From NCBI GenBank assembly GCA_964504195.1, contig CAZDDI010000003.1:83380-147379 (forward strand): a stretch of 64,000 bases of DNA, given 5' to 3'. The notes beneath the pieces are model-generated. The model saw nothing but the letters and a program-made list of their open reading frames with translations. It had not been told where the DNA came from and did not search any database. Numbering within the stretch: the first letter of the stretch is position 1; the number at the start of each line of letters is the position of its first letter. The DNA comes from an uncultured Anaerolineales bacterium (GTDB taxonomy: Bacteria > Chloroflexota > Anaerolineae > B4-G1 > SLSP01). Shown piece after piece: positions 16,644 through 26,870 of the stretch. The position numbers and the translations under genes were made by a program.

Positions 16644-17567
16644 CCTGACCTATCACGAAGCGGTGACGTTGTTTGAACAGTGGGGCTTGCAAGTAGCACC
16701 GGGTCCCCGCGCGGGCGAAGTAACCCTGATGTTAGTTGCAGAGGATGCACATACTTATGCCGCCCACCCGCAATACTGCTTACCGCAGATGGCCGCAGTG
16801 ATTTGGGCCGCGCGCTGGCAGAATGGAAGCATCGGTTGTGGGCGGGTTGCCATGTCGGGCATACAGTGTGGTTAATGCGGAAGGAGAGTTACAGCTCAGC
16901 ACAAAAAAACTATTCTGGTTCTATCAAATACCCAATCTACCGATAGCTCTTTTGCGGTGGATTAAAAGACTGTAAAAGTATAATTTCCCGTTATAGCCGT
17001 GTTTTAACGGTAAAATTCGGGAACTTATAAATTTACGAACTTTAAGATGAATGGCCCACAGACATTTCTGGTGACCTAGTGGCGCGGTAAATCATAGTGC
17101 AATTACGCGCTGCGCTGGCATAACAAGCCATGACTTTTTTTGAAGTTGCAACATTAAACTTCATGTTGATTTGTTCTGATGAGGTGTTTTTTGGCAGCCG
17201 CGCTTTCCATAAGCGCGGCTGCTAACGCATTTGAAACATACCCACAACAAATTGGTTTAATGGTTATTAAATTACACCTCTCACATACGAAAAGTGTATT
17301 ATGACATTAGTGTAGTGTATGACGATAGGCTATAATAAACAGAATTTTAACATCTTTTAGTACTTATTGGCGTGGCTAGATCTACCGGCGGATTTCGCCA
17401 TTCCCTGCGCGGTTCCGTCATGGCTCTACCACACCAACAGTAACGCAAATGCGGGTAACTGGCGTCCCTCTCAGAGTCAGCTGCTCAGAGTGGATCCTTA
17501 GATCCACGACCGGTCAAATTTTTAGATTTGCCACTCGTTATTTGTTGTTTTAGGAGGGCCTTAATCC

Positions 17568-17930
17568 ATGAAGAGCTTAGAAGAATTGCGGAAGATAAAA
17601 GAACGGGCGTTGGAGCGGCGACAGCTGGCAGGGGCGGGGGCGCGCGCGCGGGTGACGGTGGCGATGGGCACGTGCGGTATCGCGGCGGGCGCGCGGGACA
17701 CCATGACGGCCATCCTCAACGAGATGGAGAAGCGCCAGCTGACCGATGTGGTGGTCACGCAGACCGGGTGCATGGGCCTGTGCGAGTACGAGCCGCTGGT
17801 GCAGATCCAGGTGGGTGAGGAAGAAGTGGTCACTTACGGCAAAATTGATCCCTCTCGCGTCCCCGACCTCATCGAGGCGCACCTGGTCAAGGGCGAACCG
17901 GTTGCAGCGTGGCAGGTACAGACGCAATAA
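17568..17930 (+). CDS. Small thioredoxin-like [2Fe-2S] ferredoxin-domain protein (HndB/NuoE-N-like), copy 1
   Basis: 120 aa with MGTCGI...TGCMGLCEYEP. A GGAGGG RBS is present. It is 97% identical to 28701-29063. Confidence 0.7.
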   Translation: MKSLEELRKIKERALERRQLAGAGARARVTVAMGTCGIAAGARDTMTAILNEMEKRQLTDVVVTQTGCMGLCEYEPLVQIQVGEEEVVTYGKIDPSRVPDLIEAHLVKGEPVAAWQVQTQ

Positions 17931-18069
17931 GCCCGCGTTTCCATGTGCCATTGGCATACCAACGCTGACGAAAATGTAATGCGAACTATTAGTTCGCAAC
18001 CACGCGAAGCAGACGCTTCGCGCTACGTCAGGCTTGATTTGTGATTTGCAGATTTTTTGAGGAGGTAGT

Positions 18070-19842
18070 ATGGTTTACCGCGCACATGTCTTGATCTGCG
18101 GGGAACCCCGTTGTGTTGAAAAGGGCGCGCGGGATGTTGAGGCGGCGCTGACCCAAAAAATACAGGAGCTGGGCCTGGAAAACGAGGTCCAAATTCTGGA
18201 AGCCAGCGCGCTAGGGCATGGCGAACAAGGCCCGGAACTGGTGGTCTACCCCGAAGGCGTCCATTACGTCAACCTGCGCCCGGAAGACGCCACGCGCATT
18301 GTTGAAGAGCATCTGTTCAAGGGACGCCCCATCGCGGAATTGCAGTACAAAGAACCGCCTTCGGAGCCGCTGCCCGCGCCATCCCACAAAGAAATCCGCG
18401 TGGTGCTGGATAAAATCGGCAAAATTGATCCCGAAAATATTGATGATTACATCGCGCTGGATGGCTATGCCGCGCTGGCGAAAGTGCTGGGCGGGATGTC
18501 CCGCGACGAGGTGCTGGTCGTGCTCAAAACGTCCGGGCTGCGCGGGCGCGGCGGGGCGGGCTTCCCTACCCACCTCAAGTGGAGTTTCGCCAAGAACGCG
18601 CCCGGCGATGTGAAATACGTCATCTGTAACGCTGATGAGGGCGACCCCGGCGCGTTCATGAACCGGCGCGTGCTCGAAGGCGACCCGCACGCCGTCATCG
18701 AAGGTATGGCGATTGCGGCGTATGTCATCGGCGCGCGGCAGGGCTATATCTATGTTCGCGCCGAGTACCCCATCGCCATCAGCACTTTGCGCGTGGCATT
18801 GGCACAGGCCCGCGAGTATGGTCTGCTGGGGGAAAACATCCTCGACACTCATTTTAGTTTCGATCTGGAAATCCGCATGGGCGCGGGGGCCTTCGTCTGT
18901 GGCGAAGAGACCGCGCTGATGAAATCCATCGAAGGCGTGCGGGGGATGCCGACCACCCGCCCGCCCTTCCCGGCCACGTCGGGCCTGTGGGGCAAGCCCT
19001 CCAACATCAACAACGTAGAGACCTACGCCAACGTGCCGCAGATTTTGCTCAAGGGCGGCGCGTGGTTTGCCTCGATGGGCACGGAGAAGAGCAAGGGCAC
19101 CAAGACCTTTGCGGTGGCCGGAAAAGTGGCGCGCACTGGCTTGATCGAAGTGCCGCTGGGCATCACCATTCGCGAAATCGTCTACGATGTGGGCGGCGGT
19201 GTGCTCGATGGCAAGAAGTTCAAGGCCGTGCAGACCGGCGGCCCGATGGGCGGTTGTATCCCAGAGAAGTATCTTGACCTGCCGGTGGATTACGAAAACC
19301 TGGCGGCCGTCGGCTCGATCATGGGTTCGGGCGGCTTCGTCGTGATGGATGAAGAAACCTGTATGGTGGATATCGCTCGCTTCTTCATGGAGTTCACGCA
19401 GGAAGAATCGTGCGGTAAATGTGTGCCGTGCCGCGTGGGCACCCGGCGGATGTTGGAGATTCTCGAACATATCTGCGCGGGCAAGGGCAAGCCCGGTGAT
19501 ATCGAGATGCTGGAAACCCTGGCCGAGAAGATCGGTTTTGGCTCGTTGTGCGGGCTGGGTCAGGGAGCGCCAAATCCGGTGCTCAGCACGCTAGAGCACT
19601 TCCGTGACGAGTACGAGGCACACATCTACGAGAAGCGCTGCCCGGCGAAGGTCTGCAAGGCCCTGATCGAGTACCGCATCGAGGCCGAGACCTGTATCGG
19701 CTGCACACGCTGCGCTCGTAACTGCCCGGTCAACGCCATTAGCGGCAAGGCCAAACAGGTGCATGTGATTGATCCTGAGACCTGCATCCGCTGCGGTATC
19801 TGCGCGCAGGTTTGTCCGGTAGACGCCGTGAAAGTTGAGTGA
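18070..19842 (+). CDS. NuoF-like NAD(P)H-binding flavoprotein subunit (HoxF/HndC/HydB-type) with N-terminal Trx-like domain and C-terminal 2x[4Fe-4S] ferredoxin domain, copy 1
   Basis: The motifs are GRGGAGFPTHLKWSF (NADH/FMN site) and ESCGKCVPCRVG ([4Fe-4S] N3). The C-terminal CIGCTRCARNCP and CIRCGICAQVCP are two ferredoxin motifs. Confidence 0.85.
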   Translation: MVYRAHVLICGEPRCVEKGARDVEAALTQKIQELGLENEVQILEASALGHGEQGPELVVYPEGVHYVNLRPEDATRIVEEHLFKGRPIAELQYKEPPSEPLPAPSHKEIRVVLDKIGKIDPENIDDYIALDGYAALAKVLGGMSRDEVLVVLKTSGLRGRGGAGFPTHLKWSFAKNAPGDVKYVICNADEGDPGAFMNRRVLEGDPHAVIEGMAIAAYVIGARQGYIYVRAEYPIAISTLRVALAQAREYGLLGENILDTHFSFDLEIRMGAGAFVCGEETALMKSIEGVRGMPTTRPPFPATSGLWGKPSNINNVETYANVPQILLKGGAWFASMGTEKSKGTKTFAVAGKVARTGLIEVPLGITIREIVYDVGGGVLDGKKFKAVQTGGPMGGCIPEKYLDLPVDYENLAAVGSIMGSGGFVVMDEETCMVDIARFFMEFTQEESCGKCVPCRVGTRRMLEILEHICAGKGKPGDIEMLETLAEKIGFGSLCGLGQGAPNPVLSTLEHFRDEYEAHIYEKRCPAKVCKALIEYRIEAETCIGCTRCARNCPVNAISGKAKQVHVIDPETCIRCGICAQVCPVDAVKVE

Positions 19843-19854
19843 CAAGGAGGCAGC

Positions 19855-20343
19855 ATGGATAAAGCGTTGACCCAAACGATACATCGGGCGCTCACGCGCC
19901 ACGCTAACAGTCAGGAATCTCTGGTGGAAATGCTGCGCGAGATCAACGCCGAGCTAGGCTATTTGAGTGCGGAGACGTTGGGCGGGTTGGCCGATGCGCT
20001 GAAATTGCCGCGCAGCCAGGTGCTCAGCGTTGCTAGCTTCTACAGTATGCTCGATTTGGAACCGCGCGGGACGCACGTCATCAAGCTGTGCCAGGACGCG
20101 CCGTGCCACGTCGCCGGCGGACAGGAGATTTGGGAGACCCTGGAGCGTGAGTTGGGGATCAGCTTTGGCGCGACTACACCGGATGGCAAATGGACGCTGC
20201 TGACGACCAGCTGCATCGGCGCGTGCGCGGTCGGGCCGGTGATGATGGTGGATGACGACATCTACGGCAATCTCACCCCGGAGCGGGTGCGGGAGATTCT
20301 CGCGCAGGTTGCCGACCAAGACCGGGCAGGAGGTAGAACATGA
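19855..20343 (+). CDS. NuoE-like [2Fe-2S] subunit (HoxE/HndA-type)
   Basis: CQDAPCHVAGG...TTSCIGACAVGPV is the NuoE 2Fe-2S cysteine pattern. A GGAGG RBS is present. Confidence 0.85.
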   Translation: MDKALTQTIHRALTRHANSQESLVEMLREINAELGYLSAETLGGLADALKLPRSQVLSVASFYSMLDLEPRGTHVIKLCQDAPCHVAGGQEIWETLERELGISFGATTPDGKWTLLTTSCIGACAVGPVMMVDDDIYGNLTPERVREILAQVADQDRAGGRT

Positions 20344-21920
20344 TACGCGCGCATGTGTTGATTTCCGGGGATGCGCTGAGCCTCTCGCGCGGCGCAGAGG
20401 AAACCCGGCTTGCCATCGAGGCAGAGCTCTCGTTTCTGGGGCTAGATAAGGAAGTGCTGGTGAGCTACACTAGCCAGGTAGAGCGCACGGATGAGTTGCC
20501 GATGGTGATGGTCTTCCCAGAGGGGATCCGGTATGGCTCAGTTCATCCGGAGGACGGTGCGTACATTGTCCAGGAGCATCTCTACAAAGGGCGTATTGTT
20601 GAACATTTGCGGTTGCCTCCGGAAATACTCTCTGGTCACATTGTACATATACCTGGCAAACTTGGCGCGCTCTACGCGCAGAAGCGCGTGGTCTTGCGCC
20701 GTGCCGGTCTGATTGATCCCACTAGTATTGAAGACTACATCGCCCACGACGGCTACTTTGCGCTGGGCAAAGCCCTCACCGAGATGCAATCGGCTGACGT
20801 GCTGCAAGCGGTAAAAGATTCCGGCTTGCAAGGTCGCGGCGGCGCGGGTTTCCCCACCGGCTTGAAATGGAGCTTCGCAGTGAACCAGCCGGGCGAGAAG
20901 TACATCGTCTGCAACGCGGATGAATCCGAGCCGGGCACGTTCAAGGATCGCCTGATCCTGGAGGGCGACCCGCACGCCGTGTTGGAAGGCATGGCCCTCG
21001 CCGGGTATGCCTGTGGCGCGGCGCAGGGCTGGATTTACATTCGCGGTGAGTATGTGCAGGCGCGCGAACGGCTCGAGCACGCCATCAAGCAGGCGGAAGA
21101 GTACGGGCTGCTGGGCGACAACATCATGGAGACCGGGTTCTCCTTCCACATCCATGTCCACGCGGGCGCGGGCGCGTATGTCTGCGGTGAGGAAACGGCT
21201 CTGCTGGAAAGCCTCGAAGGCAAACGCGGCACGCCGCGCATCCGTCCGCCGTATCCCACAGTGCGCGGTTTTCGCGATCAACCGACGCTGGTCAACAACG
21301 TGGAGACGCTAGCGAATGTGCCGGCCATTATCCTCAACGGGTCGGACTGGTTCCGCTCCATTGGGACGCACACCAGCCCTGGCACCAAGGTCTATACCAT
21401 GCTGGGCGATGTCAACATCACCGGTTTGATCGAAGTGCCGATGGGCATCACTCTCCGCGAAGTCATCGAAATCTACGGCGGCGGCGTGAAGAACGGCAAG
21501 GCCTTCAAGTGCGCGCAGACGGGCGGCGCTTCCGGCAGCATCATCCCGGCAGCGTTGCTGGATGTGCCGATGGATTTTGCTTCGATGCAGGCGCAGGGCG
21601 CGTCCCTGGGCAGCGGTGCGCTTCTGGTGTGTGACGAGGATACCGATGTGGTAGACCTGGCTTATGTGCTGGTGCGCTTCTTTGCAACTGAATCGTGCGG
21701 CAAGTGTGTGCCCTGCCGGGTGGGGTCAGCGCAAATGTTGGAGGCGCTGGAACGGCTGCGCAAGGGCTATGCCAAACCTGCCGATTTGCAGCGGCTTGAA
21801 GAGATTGCCACCCATGTTCAGGAAACCTCATTCTGCGGCCTGGGGCAGGCCGCGCCAGTGCCGATTCTTACCGGGCTACGCTTCTTCCGCGCCGAGTTCG
21901 AGGCCCGCGTACAAGCCTAG
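20340..21920 (+). CDS. Second NuoF-like flavoprotein subunit (no C-terminal ferredoxin domains; degenerate Cys-less N-terminal Trx-like domain)
   Basis: GRGGAGFPTGLKWSF and ESCGKCVPCRVG motifs. ATGA overlap with the upstream gene. Confidence 0.85.
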   Translation: MIRAHVLISGDALSLSRGAEETRLAIEAELSFLGLDKEVLVSYTSQVERTDELPMVMVFPEGIRYGSVHPEDGAYIVQEHLYKGRIVEHLRLPPEILSGHIVHIPGKLGALYAQKRVVLRRAGLIDPTSIEDYIAHDGYFALGKALTEMQSADVLQAVKDSGLQGRGGAGFPTGLKWSFAVNQPGEKYIVCNADESEPGTFKDRLILEGDPHAVLEGMALAGYACGAAQGWIYIRGEYVQARERLEHAIKQAEEYGLLGDNIMETGFSFHIHVHAGAGAYVCGEETALLESLEGKRGTPRIRPPYPTVRGFRDQPTLVNNVETLANVPAIILNGSDWFRSIGTHTSPGTKVYTMLGDVNITGLIEVPMGITLREVIEIYGGGVKNGKAFKCAQTGGASGSIIPAALLDVPMDFASMQAQGASLGSGALLVCDEDTDVVDLAYVLVRFFATESCGKCVPCRVGSAQMLEALERLRKGYAKPADLQRLEEIATHVQETSFCGLGQAAPVPILTGLRFFRAEFEARVQA

Positions 21921-21975
21921 CAGCGCTACCTGAAGCTGCTTCACAGAAGATTTATTTCAAGGAGTGAAGGAACTC

Positions 21976-23673
21976 ATGAGCGAGATACATTTGAACATTA
22001 ACGGGCAGGACGTTGTGGCGCAGAGCGGCCAGACGGTGCTGGAGGCTGCGAAGTCTGCCAGCATTGAGATTCCGGTGCTTTGTCATCATCCGGCGCTCAC
22101 CAACTGGGGCGCATGCCGCATGTGCGTGGTCGAAGTGGAAGGGATGCGCACGGTGCAGACTGCCTGTACGCTTCCGGTGTCCGAGGGTATGAAGGTCACA
22201 ACGCATACCGAAAAAACCACCAGCCTGCGCAAGTTCGTGCTGGAGCTGCTGTTCTCTGAGCGCAACCACTATTGCATGTACTGCCAGATGAGCGGTGATT
22301 GTGAGCTGCAAGATCAGGCTTACGCGCACGGTCTGGATCACTGGACTTATCCGCGCCCTTACGAGAAATTGAGCGTGGATGCGTCACGCAAATACTTCAT
22401 CATGGATCACAATCGCTGTATCCTCTGCTCGCGCTGTGTCCGTGCGTGTAGCGAGGTGGCGGCGAATCACACCCTGAACCTGCGCAATCGCGGGGCCAAG
22501 ACGATGATTGTGGCCGACCTGGATGTGCCGTTTGGCGAATCCAGCTGCGTGGAGTGCGGCTCCTGTTTGCAGGTGTGTCCCACCGGCGCGCTGGTGGATG
22601 CCAAGAGCGCCTACGGTGGGCGCGAGAAGGACGTGACGCACACCATCACGACCTGTATGCAGTGCAGCATTGGCTGTGAGCTGGATGTGGTGACGCGCTA
22701 CAGCCGCCTGCTCCGCGTGGACGGCGTCTGGGGGGCTGACCCCAACGGCGGCCTGCTGTGTGTGGATGGCCGCTTCAAGCCGCTGTACGAAGAGCGCAAG
22801 CGCATCACCGCCCCGATGCTCCGCAAGGATGGCAACCTGGTCGAGGCTTCCTGGGATGAGGCGCTCGCGCTGGTCGCCGAGAAGCTCCAGGGCGGCGAGT
22901 GCCAGGGCCTGGCCGCGTGCGCCACCACCAACGAGGCGTTGGCGGCCTTCGCGCAGCTCATCGCCAAAGTGGGTGGCAAGGCCGGGCGGCTCGAACCGGT
23001 CGCCCCGACGTTGGGCTACGGCACACCCGCCAAAGTTACGGACGTGCTCGACGCCGATTTCATCATCGTGGCCGGGGCGCAACCGCTGGATTACCAGCGC
23101 GTCGTCGGCTACTTCATCCATCGTGCTGCCGACAAGAAAGTGCCGGTCGCGGTCATCAGCGACTCAGAGAACGCCCTCAGCCCGCGCGCAGCTATGACGG
23201 TCGCCTCAGCGCAGGCAGGTGTAGTGGCGCAGGCCGCTGCCGCCGCCGCGAAGGTCGTGCTGGTCTACAGCGTGGGCCTCAAGCCGGAAGTGATTGCCGC
23301 GCTCAAGCCGCTGGGCGACAAAGTCCACTTCCTGGCGCTCGACCCGGCGCGGAATGGCAAGGGGGCGGAAGCTGCAGGTCTCAAGCCGCAAGCCCCAAGC
23401 AAAGTGGATGTGGGATATTTCCTGTTGGGTGAACAACTGCTGGATGAGACGCTCCAGCCGAAGGCGGGCTTCAAGGTGGTGCAGGCTGCGTACTTCTCGC
23501 CGCTGGCGGAGCAGGCCGATGTGGTGCTGCCCACGCCGATTTGGTCGGAGCGTAGCGGGCACATCACCAATCTCGATGGGACGGTCAAGCCGTTGAATGT
23601 GGTGTTGCCCGCGCCCGCCGGCGTCCGCGACGAGGTGGAAGTCCTGGCGCAGCTGGCCGCACTGTTGGCATAA
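21976..23673 (+). CDS. NuoG/HoxU-like FeS subunit (N-terminal 2Fe-2S + 4Fe-4S domains, truncated molybdopterin-oxidoreductase-like C-terminus lacking a catalytic domain)
   Basis: The N-terminus is INGQDV...CHHPALTNWGACRMCVVEV, a 2Fe-2S ferredoxin-type sequence. A His(Cys)3 cluster follows, then CxxCxxC ferredoxin motifs and CMQCSIGC (the MopB N-terminal 4Fe-4S). Confidence 0.8.
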   Translation: MSEIHLNINGQDVVAQSGQTVLEAAKSASIEIPVLCHHPALTNWGACRMCVVEVEGMRTVQTACTLPVSEGMKVTTHTEKTTSLRKFVLELLFSERNHYCMYCQMSGDCELQDQAYAHGLDHWTYPRPYEKLSVDASRKYFIMDHNRCILCSRCVRACSEVAANHTLNLRNRGAKTMIVADLDVPFGESSCVECGSCLQVCPTGALVDAKSAYGGREKDVTHTITTCMQCSIGCELDVVTRYSRLLRVDGVWGADPNGGLLCVDGRFKPLYEERKRITAPMLRKDGNLVEASWDEALALVAEKLQGGECQGLAACATTNEALAAFAQLIAKVGGKAGRLEPVAPTLGYGTPAKVTDVLDADFIIVAGAQPLDYQRVVGYFIHRAADKKVPVAVISDSENALSPRAAMTVASAQAGVVAQAAAAAAKVVLVYSVGLKPEVIAALKPLGDKVHFLALDPARNGKGAEAAGLKPQAPSKVDVGYFLLGEQLLDETLQPKAGFKVVQAAYFSPLAEQADVVLPTPIWSERSGHITNLDGTVKPLNVVLPAPAGVRDEVEVLAQLAALLA

Positions 23674-23683
23674 GGAGTCACGC

Positions 23684-24238
23684 ATGGGTAAAATTAAAGT
23701 TGCAACGGGGTGGTTGGAGTCGTGCGCCGGCTGCCACATGTCGTTTTTGGATATTGACGAGCGCATTGTCGAGTTCTTTAAGCACGTCGAGCTGACCTCT
23801 TCGCCGATTACCGATCTGAAACACCCGCCCATAGAGGGCGTGGATGTGGGCATCCTCACCGGCGGTATCGGCAATGAGGATCAGATTCACGAGGCCAAAG
23901 AGATGCGCGAGCGGAGCAAAATCCTCATCGCGCTGGGCGATTGCGCGGTCACGGGCGGTATCTGTACCATGCGCAACTTCTTCCCCCTGGAAGAGGTGCT
24001 GCGGCGCGGGTACATCGAGACCGAGAGCACGGTGGATGGCGAGATTCCGGCACACGAGGATCTAGCCGTGTTGACAGACCAGGTCAGCGGCATAGATGAG
24101 GTTGTGCCGGTAGACATCTATCTGCCCGGCTGCCCGCCCACCGCCGACGCGATCTGGTTTGTGTTGACCGAATTGTTGGAGGGCCGGATGCCGAAGTTGG
24201 AAGGCAAGGTCCTGAAGTATGGTATGGATGGGGGGTAA
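23684..24238 (+). CDS. hoxY: [NiFe]-hydrogenase small subunit, HoxY-type (group 3)
   Basis: MGKIKVATGWLESCAGCHMSF...LGDCAVTGGI...LPGCPPTADAI is the short NuoB-like small subunit typical of bidirectional hydrogenases. Confidence 0.8.
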   Translation: MGKIKVATGWLESCAGCHMSFLDIDERIVEFFKHVELTSSPITDLKHPPIEGVDVGILTGGIGNEDQIHEAKEMRERSKILIALGDCAVTGGICTMRNFFPLEEVLRRGYIETESTVDGEIPAHEDLAVLTDQVSGIDEVVPVDIYLPGCPPTADAIWFVLTELLEGRMPKLEGKVLKYGMDGG

Positions 24239-24246
24239 AACATAGT

Positions 24247-25671
24247 ATGGCTGAGAAAATTACCATTTCACCCGTGACCCGTATCGAGGGCCACGCGAAA
24301 ATCACGATCTACGTTGGCGATGACGGGAAGGTGACGGATTCGTACTTCCATGTGGAACAGTTCCGGGGCTTCGAGAAGTTCAGCGAAGGCCGCATGTTCT
24401 ACGAAATGCCCCAGATCACGCCGCGCACCTGCGGCATCTGCCCGGTGAGCCATCACCTGGCTTCGACCAAAGCTTGTGACGTGATCGCCGGCACCGCGCC
24501 GACGCCCACCGCGCACAAGCTGCGCGATCTGATGCACATGGGGCAGATGATCCAGTCGCACGGGATGCACTTCTTCGAGCTGGCCGGCCCGGACTTCATC
24601 ATGGGCTTCGACGCCGACCCGAAGGTGCGCCATGTGGGCGGCGTCATCGGCGTGAACCCTGATCTGGCCGTGAAGGCGGTCAAGTTGCGCGCCTTCGGGC
24701 AGGAGATCATCCGCAAGCTGGGCGAGCGGCGCGTGCATCCGATCTTCGGCGTGCCGGGCGGGGTGACCCGCCCGCTCGATCCCGCCGACCGCGAGTGGAT
24801 TTTGCGCGAGGTGGACAATCACATCGCCACGACGATGGTGGGCATCTCGTTCCTCAAGAGCTGGATGCAGGATAACCACCAGATGATGGAGGAGTTCGCC
24901 GTGTTCCCCTCGGCCTACATGGGGCTGGTGCAGCCGGATGGCGCGCTGGAGCTCTATGATGGGCAGCTGAAGATGGTGGACGCGGACGGTTCATTCCTGG
25001 AGCAGTTCGATCCGGCGGACTACCTGGACTACATCGCCGAGCACGTCAATCCCTATACCTATCTCAAGGCCCCGTACTACAAAAAGCGTGGCTACGAGAA
25101 GGGCATCTATCGCGTTGGCCCGCTGGGGCGGTTGAACGTCGCCACCCACATTAACACGCCGATGGCGCAGAGCGAGATGCGGCTGTGGAAGCAGCTCAAC
25201 GGCGGTAAGCCCGTCGAGGGGACGCTGTACTTCCACTACGCGCGGCTCATCGAGACGGTGTATGCTCTGGAGCATGTGAAGGGGCTGATGGATGATCCCG
25301 ACATCCTGGGGACGGATGTGGTGGCCCCGCCCGGACACATCACCGGCGAGGGCGTGGGTGTGCTCGAGGCGCCGCGCGGTACGCTCTTCCATCACTACTG
25401 GACCGACAGCAATGGCGTAATCCAAAAGGTGAACATGATCGTCGCCACCGCCGGCAACGCCTGGGCGATGAACCACTCAGTCAACATGGCCGCCAAGCGC
25501 TATGTTGACGGCACGCAGCTCACCGAGGGGATGCTCAACCGCGTTGAGCACGCCATCCGCGCGCATGACCCGTGCCTCTCCTGCTCGACCCACGCGATAG
25601 GGCAGATGCCTATCCAGATCGAGCTCATCGGGTCAGATGGAGCTGTGCTGGATGTGTTGAAGCGGGATTAG
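24247..25671 (+). CDS. hoxH: [NiFe]-hydrogenase large subunit, HoxH-type, with cleavable C-terminal extension
   Basis: The N-terminal motif is RTCGICPVSHHLAS and the C-terminal motif is DPCLSCSTHAIGQMPIQ... The tail after His is the substrate of the maturation protease. Confidence 0.85.
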   Translation: MAEKITISPVTRIEGHAKITIYVGDDGKVTDSYFHVEQFRGFEKFSEGRMFYEMPQITPRTCGICPVSHHLASTKACDVIAGTAPTPTAHKLRDLMHMGQMIQSHGMHFFELAGPDFIMGFDADPKVRHVGGVIGVNPDLAVKAVKLRAFGQEIIRKLGERRVHPIFGVPGGVTRPLDPADREWILREVDNHIATTMVGISFLKSWMQDNHQMMEEFAVFPSAYMGLVQPDGALELYDGQLKMVDADGSFLEQFDPADYLDYIAEHVNPYTYLKAPYYKKRGYEKGIYRVGPLGRLNVATHINTPMAQSEMRLWKQLNGGKPVEGTLYFHYARLIETVYALEHVKGLMDDPDILGTDVVAPPGHITGEGVGVLEAPRGTLFHHYWTDSNGVIQKVNMIVATAGNAWAMNHSVNMAAKRYVDGTQLTEGMLNRVEHAIRAHDPCLSCSTHAIGQMPIQIELIGSDGAVLDVLKRD

Positions 25672-25778
25672 CTTTTACAAATTCCACGCGAAGCCTTGGC
25701 GGACTGAGTCTACCAGGGCTTTTGCTTTTCCAATTTAGTGATATACAATGCGCTACAGGCGAAAGTAAGGGGAGTAAT

Positions 25779-26870
25779 ATGCGCTTAAGCAAAATCTCTG
25801 TAGAAGGTTTCAAATCTCTCCAGGAAGTTAAGGACTTAAAACTGCGCAATCTTAATGTGCTTATCGGTGCAAATGGTGCAGGAAAGAGCAATTTTATTGC
25901 GCTATTTAGGCTTCTCAACCAGATGGTAAGCGGCAACTTCCAAACAGCGGTGCTGCAGCAGGGCGGAGCAAATGCGTTACTATACCTGGGTGAAAAAACC
26001 ACGCCACAAATCACCGTGCAATTAGATTTTGAGCGCAACGCTTATTATTGCGTTTGGATCCCCACTGTAGATGAACGTCTCATTTTTGCGAAGGAAACAT
26101 GCATATTCTATGGTGATCGCGTACCACAATGGGAGAAACAATTAGGAAGCGGCCATCTGGAAAGCCGGTTGCCCCAAGCCGCTCAGGAAACCAAAGAACC
26201 TGTGCTGGATTATGTTTTGCAGGGTTTGAATGCCTGGAAGGTCTATCACTTCCACGATACCAGTGACAGTGCCCTGGTTAAAAAGAGCCGTGCTCTGAAT
26301 GACAATCTATACTTGCGGCCTGATGCTGCTAATCTGGCGGCTTTTCTCTACAGGCTACAACAAAGCGCGCCTCAATATTATGCAGCTATTCGGGAGACAG
26401 TACAGCTGGTGTTCCCAGTTTTTGATGATTTCCTGCTGCGCCCGCAGCCGGAAAATGAAAATCTGATTCGGCTCGAGTGGCGCGAGCAAGGCTCAGATTA
26501 TCCATTCATGGCCTACCATTTATCCGATGGTACGTTACGTTTCATCTGTCTGGCAACTTTATTGTTACAACCGGAACTACCCCCTACCATCCTGATTGAT
26601 GAACCGGAATTGGGATTGCATCCTTATGCCATAGAAGTTTTAGCCTCGCTAATGCGCAGCGCGGCAGAGCGCACCCAATTGATTGTCGCCACGCAGTCAG
26701 TCACACTGGTCAACCATTTTACGCTGGAAGATATACTCGTTGTGGAAAACCGCAAGCGAGCAACAACGATAGAACGGTTAGACTCGGAACAGCTGAGCGA
26801 TTGGTTGGAGGATTACGCACTCGGCGAACTATGGGAAAAGAACGTCTTTGGCGGGAGGCCAACTCGATGA
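25779..26870 (+). CDS. ABC/AAA-type ATPase of the OLD/AAA_21 (SMC-like) family; candidate defense ATPase
   Basis: N-terminal Walker A NVLIGANGAGKSNF. A C-terminal Walker B/D-loop region ILIDEPELGLHP. Low GC relative to its flanks. ATGA overlap with the downstream gene. Confidence 0.75.
   Translation: MRLSKISVEGFKSLQEVKDLKLRNLNVLIGANGAGKSNFIALFRLLNQMVSGNFQTAVLQQGGANALLYLGEKTTPQITVQLDFERNAYYCVWIPTVDERLIFAKETCIFYGDRVPQWEKQLGSGHLESRLPQAAQETKEPVLDYVLQGLNAWKVYHFHDTSDSALVKKSRALNDNLYLRPDAANLAAFLYRLQQSAPQYYAAIRETVQLVFPVFDDFLLRPQPENENLIRLEWREQGSDYPFMAYHLSDGTLRFICLATLLLQPELPPTILIDEPELGLHPYAIEVLASLMRSAAERTQLIVATQSVTLVNHFTLEDILVVENRKRATTIERLDSEQLSDWLEDYALGELWEKNVFGGRPTR

Noticed and set aside
16636-16875. 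79-aa ORF (GTG start) overlapping the methyltransferase stop
   Set aside because: It has no motif, a weak start context, and may simply be an open frame in high-GC DNA. It is kept out of the feature list.
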